The notes under the pieces: model-generated | Told to the model about the DNA's origin: nothing | Databases searched by the model: none | Seen by the model: only the letters and a program-made list of their open reading frames with translations | Translations under genes and position numbers: made by a program | Part shown: positions 8,277-15,556 of the stretch, one piece after another | Layout: the number at the start of each line of letters is the position of its first letter | Numbering within the stretch: the first letter of the stretch is position 1 | Virus record (IMG/VR): IMGVR_UViG_3300045988_094583 | Location: 1 to 22,928 of that record | DNA: 22,928 nucleotides | DNA from: a virus | Strand: one strand, 5' to 3'

Positions 8277-8307
8277 AGCTAGCAAGGGAGTCGAACCCTC
8301 ACTAGCT
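8277..8307 (-). other. tRNA acceptor-stem/T-arm-like minihelix (not a complete tRNA)
   Basis: Minus strand reads AGCTAGT-GAGGG-TTCGACT-CCCTT-GCTAGCT. That is a 7-bp stem stacked on a 5-bp stem, closed by a 7-nt GTTCGAnTC-type T-loop and followed by an A. It begins inside the TAG stop of the upstream gene and has no U-tract. Confidence 0.35.
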
Positions 8308-9016
8308 ACACGCCTAACATGTAGGCTGTATATAAGGCTTTTTTAACCGTGGTCTTCTCACGACCTACCTTGCCTTTATTACGATATTTAAGAATGATGC
8401 GATCAACTTCATTGTCTAATCTCTCGTTCCATTCATAGTTATTAAATACATAATCAATAATTTCGCTGAAAAGCTCTCTTGAAAGTAGCCCTTCCATTTG
8501 AATTGCTTTTAGAGGTGTCAAAGTTGCATTTTCTGAATAGCACTGACTAATACTATTTTGGGCTTTTTGGGCTTGTTCCTTGCTGCACCCTTTGACACTT
8601 CTAATATAATCATTGATACCTCTAGAGTGTTCCTTGCGTAGTTCTTCCACTTCCGCACGAAACTCCTGGAATAGCTCCGCTGGAAGTCCTGCGTTAGTTT
8701 TATCCAAGAATTGGCGCGTGGTTTTCCCTCTAGTATAATGGCTGGCCAGATACTCTTTAAGGTCATGATAAAGCTCGTCTGAAATAATGCCTTCTAGCCT
8801 ATCAACTGTCGCTGGCGATATCCTCGCACGCTCCATGACTGCATTGTTGAGTGCTTGGTAAATGATTTTTGCTTGCGCTTCACTGCACTGTCTGACATCT
8901 TGGAAAAACTGCTTATAAGAGCCTTTTTTGTGTGTTTTTCTAAGTTCCACATGTTCACTGACTAAGCGTTGATACAGCTCCGGTGTCAGTCCGGAATATT
9001 TGTAGGTTTTGCTCAT
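8306..9016 (-). CDS. Hypothetical protein built from two tandem copies of a ~100-aa helical module
   Basis: Start chosen at ATG 9016 (MSKTYKYSGLTPELY), with an AGAGGTGAG SD and an ATGA overlap with the yopX stop. The internal repeat is visible by eye (see finding). Confidence 0.6.
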   Translation of the reverse strand: MSKTYKYSGLTPELYQRLVSEHVELRKTHKKGSYKQFFQDVRQCSEAQAKIIYQALNNAVMERARISPATVDRLEGIISDELYHDLKEYLASHYTRGKTTRQFLDKTNAGLPAELFQEFRAEVEELRKEHSRGINDYIRSVKGCSKEQAQKAQNSISQCYSENATLTPLKAIQMEGLLSRELFSEIIDYVFNNYEWNERLDNEVDRIILKYRNKGKVGREKTTVKKALYTAYMLGV

Positions 9017-9390
9017 GAGCTCACCTCTAATAGTTCCGGATTCTTGTATATATTTCCTGCAATTTCGCAGTCGGTATGTCGTAGCCACAATTCACATCCG
9101 TATTGCTTAGAATCAAGGCGATATGCTCCGCCTCGATGTCTTACAACTTCGTAATAAGTTGGCTCAGAATAGACATTCTTAGCCATTTTGACTACATCCC
9201 CTTCAAAGATTTCTTTGCCATTCTTGTCTCTGAGTCCGGTTGACTGCATGAGTACATAATTTTTTATGTCTTCTTTTACAACATTTCCATTTTTGTAAGT
9301 TGCTTTGATAATTTGTTCATCGAAAACCAGTGCGTAAACTTGCACCATCTCTTTAAACTCTTTGTCCCACGCTCTAAATCTTGGAATCAT
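9013..9390 (-). CDS. yopX: YopX-family protein
   Basis: N-terminal PRFRAWDK and C-terminal GNIYKNPELLE are hallmark YopX motifs. ATG 9390 has a GGAGAGGG SD. The track start at 9402 has none at a usable distance. Confidence 0.85.
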   Translation of the reverse strand: MIPRFRAWDKEFKEMVQVYALVFDEQIIKATYKNGNVVKEDIKNYVLMQSTGLRDKNGKEIFEGDVVKMAKNVYSEPTYYEVVRHRGGAYRLDSKQYGCELWLRHTDCEIAGNIYKNPELLEVSS

Positions 9391-9404
9391 TGCCCTCTCC
9401 ATTC

Positions 9405-9836
9405 CTAAGCCTCTACTACTGGAAAATGGATTTCCCCGACAACAAGAGAGGCCACGCTATAATAATAGCCACCATTCCCGTCATTAGCTTCACATTCAGC
9501 TAGGGCTATAGGGTTTTGATTATGATAAATAGTGACTGTGTTCTTACTTTCTGTTGTTCCACCACCGATTTCCTCTGTTACTTGTTCACCAATTTTTACA
9601 TCGGTAATAATAGCGTCTAGCTTGACATCTTTGAACTCCCCGCCCGCATAGGCGCAACAATCACTTTCTGACATTTCAATAGTGACCCTTGTGCCATCTT
9701 CAAGCAACAGAAAGTCTTTATCCCATTTCACGATGCGCTTGTGGAGCAACATCTCTTTAAGTTCTTCTAACGAGCCATACCTTGCATTCTCCCAATCGGG
9801 CTCGCAGTAGTTTGGTAGTTTAATGGTTTCTGTCAT
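9405..9836 (-). CDS. Hypothetical phage protein (143 aa, acidic, Cys pair SDCCAY)
   Basis: Long ORF in the operon frame. Abuts the upstream stop with a 1-nt gap. No family recognised. Confidence 0.6.
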   Translation of the reverse strand: MTETIKLPNYCEPDWENARYGSLEELKEMLLHKRIVKWDKDFLLLEDGTRVTIEMSESDCCAYAGGEFKDVKLDAIITDVKIGEQVTEEIGGGTTESKNTVTIYHNQNPIALAECEANDGNGGYYYSVASLVVGEIHFPVVEA

Positions 9837-9837
9837 C

Positions 9838-10170
9838 TCAACTCCCTCTCTCCTTCAAATAGCTAGGGATGTCATCCCCAACATTTACCGCATCGTACTG
9901 CTCCTTGCTGACAAGGAATTTCCCGTAAGCTCCACAATCAATAGTGTAGAGCTTTCCGACCATTGATTTTCCGGTCACCTTACCATGCATCTCTGTGCCC
10001 ACGTTATCTACACGATGGATAGTTACTGTCTCTAGCCTACGTGGCACTGTCAGGACGTAGTAGACTGACAGCATGTTAATAGCTAGACTGACGACTAAGA
10101 TAACGCTTGAAATAGTCAAGCTATCCGTGTACCACTTCTTAGAGGTCTTCTTCTTTGACAAAAGTTCCAT
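9838..10170 (-). CDS. Single-pass membrane protein (N-terminal anchor, ~65-aa extracytoplasmic domain)
   Basis: A Lys-rich N-terminus is followed by the hydrophobic stretch LTISSVILVVSLAINMLSVYYVL. The start overlaps the stop of the 27-aa ORF (TAATG). Confidence 0.65.
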   Translation of the reverse strand: MELLSKKKTSKKWYTDSLTISSVILVVSLAINMLSVYYVLTVPRRLETVTIHRVDNVGTEMHGKVTGKSMVGKLYTIDCGAYGKFLVSKEQYDAVNVGDDIPSYLKERGS

Positions 10171-10253
10171 TAATCATCTTTCCCTTTCTTAGACAGCGTG
10201 CGCAAAGCGTAAAACACAGCTATTACCATCGAGACGAATTTAATTGTTTCCAT
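10170..10253 (-). CDS. 27-aa hydrophobic peptide (METIKFVSMVIAVFYALRTLSKKGKDD)
   Basis: Not in the track (under 60 aa). ATG 10253 is preceded by GGAGG with 6-nt spacing. The stop overlaps the next start. One predicted TM helix plus a basic tail. Confidence 0.45.
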   Translation of the reverse strand: METIKFVSMVIAVFYALRTLSKKGKDD

Positions 10254-10743
10254 CCGTTACCTCCATCACTTCAACGCCCGGGCAGTCAAACACCCACCCG
10301 AAGCCGTTCGCTTCAAGTTCTTTGTGGGTGTGTTCAAGAACGGCATAGTGAGAATTTTCCTTGGTACCAAACCACCAACACTCCGCCAATTCGCTGAAAG
10401 CCAACCACTGCTTATCCCCTTTTATTCCTTTCACTCTAACCGTATATCTAGGCCCTTTATCGACCTCGTAGCCGAACTGGTGCATGTTTGCGAGGGTAGT
10501 GATGGCTTTGTTCCTGCCAGTATGGTACATCCAGTATTTGAACTCGTCCCATTTCGTATCAGCCCAGCTTGTAAGATATGCCCAAATATCCTCATTTAAG
10601 TCATTCTTATGTTCCTCATACCAGTCCGCCACGACTTGCGATACTACTGGTTTAGGGAAAAATGAATCATATAGGTCTTCTGCGTGGGCTATTGATAGGC
10701 GCCCTGCTGTTGCTAGTTTCTGTACTGCTTCATTTCTAGTCAT
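10240..10743 (-). CDS. Hypothetical phage protein, possibly DUF1642-like (assignment from memory, unverified)
   Basis: Start chosen at ATG 10743 (MTRNEAVQKL), with AAGGGAG 8 nt upstream, 13 nt after the upstream stop. Trp-rich, 167 aa. Confidence 0.6.
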   Translation of the reverse strand: MTRNEAVQKLATAGRLSIAHAEDLYDSFFPKPVVSQVVADWYEEHKNDLNEDIWAYLTSWADTKWDEFKYWMYHTGRNKAITTLANMHQFGYEVDKGPRYTVRVKGIKGDKQWLAFSELAECWWFGTKENSHYAVLEHTHKELEANGFGWVFDCPGVEVMEVTDGNN

Positions 10744-10756
10744 TCTACTTACTCCC

Positions 10757-11149
10757 TTAATCGACATTTTTAAGTTTTACAGGCACCCACATTTTAGGGT
10801 TGTAATTGATCTCATATTTGTATTTTGAAACATTCGGTACTTCAACATCTTCTACTACATAAGAGACATTATCTGACAAGCCGATAATATGCTTTTGATA
10901 TTTATTCTTGTCATTTTCTACAACAATTTCAAGTTGTTTATCACGAGTATCAGCCTTGATGGACATCCTACCGCTCATTTGGAACATTACGTCATTTGTA
11001 ATAGCATCAATAACCGTTACTTTTCGAACAACATTAAAGTTATCCGACTCTTGAGATAAATTTTCAGATACTCTATTTGCCTCCGAGCACCCAGTTAAAA
11101 ATAATAAACCACTTACAGCAATAATAGCCATTTTACTTAATTTGTTCAT
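10757..11149 (-). CDS. Prophage-encoded lipoprotein
   Basis: The signal peptide MNKLSKMAIIAVSGLLFLTG|C has a canonical lipobox (L-T-G-C). The mature part (~110 aa) looks beta-rich. SD GAGGT. Confidence 0.75.
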   Translation of the reverse strand: MNKLSKMAIIAVSGLLFLTGCSEANRVSENLSQESDNFNVVRKVTVIDAITNDVMFQMSGRMSIKADTRDKQLEIVVENDKNKYQKHIIGLSDNVSYVVEDVEVPNVSKYKYEINYNPKMWVPVKLKNVD

Positions 11150-11158
11150 CGTTTTACC

Positions 11159-11338
11159 TCACACATAATATTTGCGTTCTAAATTAATCATCTCTTGTCT
11201 AAGTTCAATTCCTAGACGTTTGATTTTTGATTTGTTAGCTGCCGATGCCGTCCACCCATTAGGTGGTTCTTTGGAAAGCTCTTCACATTCAGAAATGTAC
11301 CTATCACACATATTTTTTATGTAATCTAATTCATCCAT
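11159..11338 (-). CDS. Hypothetical protein (59 aa)
   Basis: ATG 11338 with a GGTGGA SD. The track start at 11341 is GTG. Confidence 0.5.
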   Translation of the reverse strand: MDELDYIKNMCDRYISECEELSKEPPNGWTASAANKSKIKRLGIELRQEMINLERKYYV

Positions 11339-11486
11339 CACATTCCACCATTTCTACCTTGTATTTTCGTGCATTGCGATATTCCAATCCCAATCTGTGC
11401 ATTTCATTAATCGCATCATTCTTATTCGTGAAGACATGCTCACTATCTTCCATGTTGTCGTAGTAAACGATTACTTTGTATCGCAT
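11331..11486 (-). CDS. Hypothetical protein (51 aa, MRYKVIVYYDNMEDSEHVFTNKNDAINEMHRLGLEYRNARKYKVEMVECDG)
   Basis: Not in the track. It fills an otherwise 130-nt gap in a tightly packed operon. The stop overlaps the next gene's start region. The SD is weak and distant. Confidence 0.4.
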   Translation of the reverse strand: MRYKVIVYYDNMEDSEHVFTNKNDAINEMHRLGLEYRNARKYKVEMVECDG

Positions 11487-11713
11487 AGTTTCATCATTCC
11501 TTTCAGTAATTCCTCATCCAGCAACTGCTCCAGTGTCAAGATACGGTTTAATTTCTTGGCGTTAATACCTAACTTAACGCTGATAAGCTCCATATCCTTA
11601 CGATTAGCCCAGAACCATCTCGAAAACTCTTGCGTTTGACCTAACACGCTTGTGTGGTCATAATTCCCTGGAGCATATATACCAACCAACTTGTCTTTGT
11701 ACTTGCCGTTCAT
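11471..11713 (-). CDS. Hypothetical protein (80 aa), possible HTH
   Basis: AAGGAG SD 5 nt upstream. ATGA overlap with the rusA stop. Confidence 0.55.
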   Translation of the reverse strand: MNGKYKDKLVGIYAPGNYDHTSVLGQTQEFSRWFWANRKDMELISVKLGINAKKLNRILTLEQLLDEELLKGMMKLCDTK

Positions 11714-12171
11714 TCAAGCTCCTTAATCTCAAACTCAATGCGTGGATTGGGACTGTACTTCTTACGAGCTCTTAACTCGCACACAATACTGTCATCCGTC
11801 CAGACGATACCTTTCTTATCAACTTTGTTGTACCCAGCGTTTGAAATGCTGTCAAAGAGTGCTTTAACAAGATTATCTACGTCTGGAGTTTTTGCATGCC
11901 AAAGCTTTTCGGCCATAAACCGCTTAAACTTGTCCCATGTTTTAGCTCTAGCCCTTGGCGTGGGCTTTTTTGATACACTCAAAGGTGCTTTCATGTAAAA
12001 GGTCACATCAACCGAGATAGGCCCGTCAAAGAATTGTCCGTCGTACTCTTGCTCAATGAGTTGTGAGCATTGACGTCTCCACGCTTTCATTTTTGGGTCT
12101 TCATAAGTGCCAAACTTGCTGAATCTAGGCCTTGTTTGAGGTTTGGGCTCGATGTTTAAAATCATCTTCAT
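11710..12171 (-). CDS. rusA: RusA-family Holliday junction resolvase
   Basis: 153 aa. The PKPQTRPRF N-terminus and the DVDNLVKALFDSI...WTDDSIV catalytic Asp pattern are typical of RusA. Confidence 0.85.
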   Translation of the reverse strand: MKMILNIEPKPQTRPRFSKFGTYEDPKMKAWRRQCSQLIEQEYDGQFFDGPISVDVTFYMKAPLSVSKKPTPRARAKTWDKFKRFMAEKLWHAKTPDVDNLVKALFDSISNAGYNKVDKKGIVWTDDSIVCELRARKKYSPNPRIEFEIKELE

Positions 12172-12179
12172 AGCTTCAC

Positions 12180-12509
12180 CTAATTAGAACGGCAAATCAT
12201 CATCGCTGATATCCATAGGGTTTGCGTTCCCGTATGGGCTACTATCTCTTGCAAAGTTTGGCCCTTGCTGTTGCGGTACTTGCTGACCGTAATGCCAATC
12301 AACGCCCCTTTTTTAGCCCAGTTAGCCAAATTCTCAGCTTGCTGGCGCCAGATAACACAATTGATAAAGTCTGTTTCACGTTCACCGTTAGCGTCCTTAA
12401 AGTTGCGGTTAACGGCTAGGCTGAAAGATGCTACTGCGACATTGTTTCCGGTGTATTTTAGTTCTGGATCTCTGGTTAACCTTCCGACAAGGCAAACTGA
12501 ATTAATCAT
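12180..12509 (-). pseudogene. ssb: Single-stranded DNA-binding protein gene disrupted by an internal out-of-frame deletion
   Basis: Residues 1-72 ([74 protein letters not shown]) are canonical SSB. The rest of the OB fold ([16 protein letters not shown]...) is missing. The canonical tail ...[29 protein letters not shown] is present only in the -1 frame (stop at 12184-12186). Confidence 0.75.
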
Positions 12510-12523
12510 AGTTTTCTCTCTTT

Positions 12524-13360
12524 CTATTCACGATTTAGTAAATCGTCCAATGTTAGAACCTCATGTAGCTTTTTCTGTGATTTGCAATAATCACAATGCC
12601 CGCATTTCTTAGGTTCTTCGTTTCCAAGCGATACTTGATACACTCTAGGGGCGTGCTCTGTGAGATAATTTAGCCCCTCTGTGAGCCATTCCTCAGTCAA
12701 TTCGATAATTTCTTTATCTGGCTGTTTCTCTTTTGAGACAGCAACGATAAACGGTTTATACGTTGGATAGTCCATTTGACGTAGCAGCTCTAAATATGTC
12801 CCTAACTGGACATGGTATTGAAACCCTAGAATGTTGTTGACTGCCGTTGGTACTTTAGCGTGTAATTCCTCAGACCATTCTTTAGCCCAAATTGATTTCA
12901 TGGTTTTTAAATCAACTACATAGCCTTTTGAAAAGTTGATACTATCCAACTTCCCCTTGAATGGCACGCCGGCGATAAAACCAGTGACAATCTTTTCTTT
13001 TTCAACCTTGTCACCTTTTTTTCCGTGATACAGATTATTGAAAAGTGTATCGCTCTTTAGTGTTTCGATGACTTTTTCAGCTAGTTTGAAATCTGTTAAC
13101 AGTCCATACGGTTTGCGACTAGAGAATAGAGCTTTTTTATTTTCGGTTTTAAATTTCTCGTGAGCTTCTTCGCTCTCGAAGTAGCTATGGACATAGTTCC
13201 CAAAAAGTAGTGGTTTTTGATCTCGTTCATCCTCCCAAATACCGTCATCAATTGCTTTTGCTCTGGCTTCACATTTCATGTATTCCTTGAAACGACTAAC
13301 AGACATATAGGTTTTGTCAGAATAGTAGTTTTCCTCTGTCAGAATTACTAAATCATCCAT
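12524..13360 (-). CDS. PD-(D/E)XK exonuclease (RecT partner) with Cas4/AddB-like cysteine cluster
   Basis: 278 aa. DSI...VVDLKT motif. One N-terminal Cys (MKCEA) plus C-terminal CGHCDYC. The gene overlaps the recT stop. Confidence 0.8.
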   Translation of the reverse strand: MDDLVILTEENYYSDKTYMSVSRFKEYMKCEARAKAIDDGIWEDERDQKPLLFGNYVHSYFESEEAHEKFKTENKKALFSSRKPYGLLTDFKLAEKVIETLKSDTLFNNLYHGKKGDKVEKEKIVTGFIAGVPFKGKLDSINFSKGYVVDLKTMKSIWAKEWSEELHAKVPTAVNNILGFQYHVQLGTYLELLRQMDYPTYKPFIVAVSKEKQPDKEIIELTEEWLTEGLNYLTEHAPRVYQVSLGNEEPKKCGHCDYCKSQKKLHEVLTLDDLLNRE

Positions 13361-14186
13361 TTTCTACCTCTTTGATTTTGGTTGAATCACCTTCGAACAA
13401 GCTGACTTCTTCGATGATTTCACCAGTTTCAGAATCTACGCTTTTTTCTGTTTTAGGTTCGGCTTCATCACTCATAAGGTCACCTAAGAGTGTTTGGGTG
13501 TCCTCGTTTTTTGGTGTGACATCGATAGGGTCATCCTTAACTTCTTCAGTTTGATTGTCTGAGATAATACCCTCTTGCATTTCTGTTGATAGTGGGGCGT
13601 ATTTACTCAAAATACTTTTAAGCACGGTTTTTTGTGCCATTGCATCGAAGTCTGTAGACCAAGGGCCTCTTGCATAAGTCTTCGAAAAGCGTTTTCCGTG
13701 ATCCTCTACTTGTTCTTTCGTCCAAAACGTCAATTTCTTAAAGCCGTTGACAAGCTCGAATGTTGCAAAGTATCCGCAAACTTCATCCTCTGGTTGAGTG
13801 AAATCAACGTCCAATGTTTCAAATAGTGGGTCATATCCCTTGTATTGTGCCTTGTAGACCTTCCCTGAATTAATGGCTTTAAATTGACCTGAGCGGATAG
13901 CTAACTGAATAAGCCCTTTATAGCCAAGTTGAAACTGTGCATCTTGTTTGTAAGGTACGATGTAGGCGAATCCTAAACTTGGTTCGATTGGCAAATTCAA
14001 AACTGCTGCTTTCATTGCTGCTGTCATGATGGAAGTGTTGCTTGCTCGTGCTAGTAGATTGTTGTTGTTCACGATTGACAGAATACTGGCTGTAAATTGT
14101 CGCTCATTCCCGTTCAATACCTCTTGAAATTTCTGTTTTACTGCCGGTGTGTTAAAAAAATCTTTGTGTGCTAATTGATTTGTCAT
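13353..14186 (-). CDS. recT: RecT-family single-strand annealing recombinase
   Basis: 277 aa. AMKAAVLNLPIEPSLGFAYIVPY...FQLGYKGLIQLAIRSGQ is a typical RecT core, with an acidic C-terminal tail. Confidence 0.9.
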   Translation of the reverse strand: MTNQLAHKDFFNTPAVKQKFQEVLNGNERQFTASILSIVNNNNLLARASNTSIMTAAMKAAVLNLPIEPSLGFAYIVPYKQDAQFQLGYKGLIQLAIRSGQFKAINSGKVYKAQYKGYDPLFETLDVDFTQPEDEVCGYFATFELVNGFKKLTFWTKEQVEDHGKRFSKTYARGPWSTDFDAMAQKTVLKSILSKYAPLSTEMQEGIISDNQTEEVKDDPIDVTPKNEDTQTLLGDLMSDEAEPKTEKSVDSETGEIIEEVSLFEGDSTKIKEVENG

Positions 14187-14331
14187 GTTGTTCTCTCTTT
14201 CATTTTTTGTAAAAGTGTTTTCTTGCGTGTTTTTGAATTTTCATTTTTGTCCAAGGTATATTTATACCGACAAGGTGTTTCTTCTTCTCAGAAGTGCTTT
14301 CTTGATACCCTCTCGCACCTTAAAATTGATT

Positions 14332-14568
14332 TTACGGTCGTTTCTTTCTTGGCGGTCTAGCGAATGGGCTGACTGTACCTTCTTTCAATTTTGCGTGAAT
14401 GTAAATTCTGCGACCTCTATCGTCTAATTCCTCTGAAATGATTTTATAGAGTTCTAATCGTTTTTCAATCTTGGTAATATGTCTGCGTACACTTGTTTCA
14501 AAGTACCAACACTTTTCTAGTTCGTCATAACGGACAACTGTTTCTCGTTCTTCTGGTAAGTAACCCAT
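14332..14568 (-). CDS. Hypothetical protein (78 aa, basic C-terminus)
   Basis: AAAGGAG SD 7 nt upstream of the ATG. Confidence 0.6.
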   Translation of the reverse strand: MGYLPEERETVVRYDELEKCWYFETSVRRHITKIEKRLELYKIISEELDDRGRRIYIHAKLKEGTVSPFARPPRKKRP

Positions 14569-14583
14569 TTTCTTCTCCTTTTC

Positions 14584-14766
14584 CTAGCGTGCACCAAAAA
14601 TCATTGTAGATTTCTTAGCGAAATACATATATTCGTTGATTTTCTCGATGAATGAGTATAGATCTAAATCATCCATCATTTTCTGTTTGTGGCTCTCTGA
14701 GATTACAAGCCCATGAATGCGCTCATAGTCTTCAAAGAGTTTTAGTTTTACTTCTGTTTCTGTCAA
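14584..14766 (-). CDS. Hypothetical protein (60 aa), TTG start
   Basis: The TTG start overlaps the TGA of the loader gene. AGAGGA lies 7 nt upstream. Confidence 0.45.
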   Translation of the reverse strand: MTETEVKLKLFEDYERIHGLVISESHKQKMMDDLDLYSFIEKINEYMYFAKKSTMIFGAR

Positions 14767-15545
14767 AGCATCATCCTCTTGTCTTGTTGTGTCTTGAATT
14801 GATAAACATGTTCATTCGTCGTTCCAAGTCCTGTCTTCTTGAAAACCCTCGAATAGACACGTTTACCGTAAATATCTTTGATTTCTTGCGGGCTTAAGTT
14901 AGTGGTAATGATAGTCTTGGTGCGCTTGTTCAAAATGCTATATAAAATACCGTTAGACCATTCCGATGCCTTCTCTGTGCCCAAATCATCGAGAACCAAC
15001 CATTCAGCTTCAGCAATCCGTCTGATATACTCAGCTTCAAGACTGAAATCTTCTTTGATTTTGGCTAGCAAGTCAACCACGTTGATAAACAGCCCCATCT
15101 TCTTTGTGTAGTCAGATAAGCCCTTTAGCGCTGAGTAAGATAAGTGACTCTTACCGACTCCAGTATCACCAATTAAAACGATGTTGTATTCCTCGCCGTC
15201 CAAATACCCCTTGATCTGATTCCTGACATTTTTCAAGTCCTCTTTTTGTTCTCTGGTCAAGGCTTTGTAATTATCGAAAGTAGCGCTTTTTAAGTCGTCA
15301 TCCATCAAGCTAAAATCTTTCAGGAAATACAAGCGTTTCTGTTCTTGTTCTCTCTCATACTGTTCTTGCGCCTTGATTTCGTTCTGCCTTGCTTGCTCTT
15401 CACGGTGGCAAACTTCACATACTGTAAAAGGTTTGCTATTGGGAAATTGGATTGTGACATAATTCCGTTTATGCTTTTCGCAGTACTTATCACTGGTTGT
15501 CATATACTGCTTACGCATTTGTTTAGCAGTTTTTTCTAAACTCAT
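14763..15545 (-). CDS. DnaC/IstB-like AAA+ helicase loader with N-terminal zinc-ribbon-like motif
   Basis: Walker A LIGDTGVGKSHL, Walker B LVLDDLGTE. N-terminal CEKH...CEVCH. Confidence 0.85.
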   Translation of the reverse strand: MSLEKTAKQMRKQYMTTSDKYCEKHKRNYVTIQFPNSKPFTVCEVCHREEQARQNEIKAQEQYEREQEQKRLYFLKDFSLMDDDLKSATFDNYKALTREQKEDLKNVRNQIKGYLDGEEYNIVLIGDTGVGKSHLSYSALKGLSDYTKKMGLFINVVDLLAKIKEDFSLEAEYIRRIAEAEWLVLDDLGTEKASEWSNGILYSILNKRTKTIITTNLSPQEIKDIYGKRVYSRVFKKTGLGTTNEHVYQFKTQQDKRMML

Positions 15546-15556
15546 AGGCTATACCT

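Noticed and set aside
8277-8380. A complete tRNA gene on the minus strand ending at the T-arm-like hairpin.
   Set aside because: The acceptor-like 5' strand abuts the T-stem directly, with no D-arm. The only upstream hairpin (GCCTA-CATGT-TAGGC) has a 5-nt loop and lacks the U33/purine37 pattern. The upstream sequence is the in-frame 3' end of a protein-coding gene.
12320-12335. Programmed -1 frameshift or transcriptional slippage at the A6G4 run (GCTAAAAAAGGGG) as a way to join the ssb N-terminus to the DISDDDLPF tail. The -1 frame opens exactly at this run.
   Set aside because: The 0-frame sequence after the run (GALIGIT) still matches canonical SSB, so the ancestral frame continues past it. 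About 55-60 codons of OB fold are missing whichever frame is used. A deletion explains the data better.
14255-14268. The palindrome GGTATA-TT-TATACC in the 145-bp gap upstream of recT, as an operator or promoter.
   Set aside because: It is short (6-bp arms) and AT-rich, with no adjacent -35 or extended -10 at proper spacing. This is not enough to call a feature.
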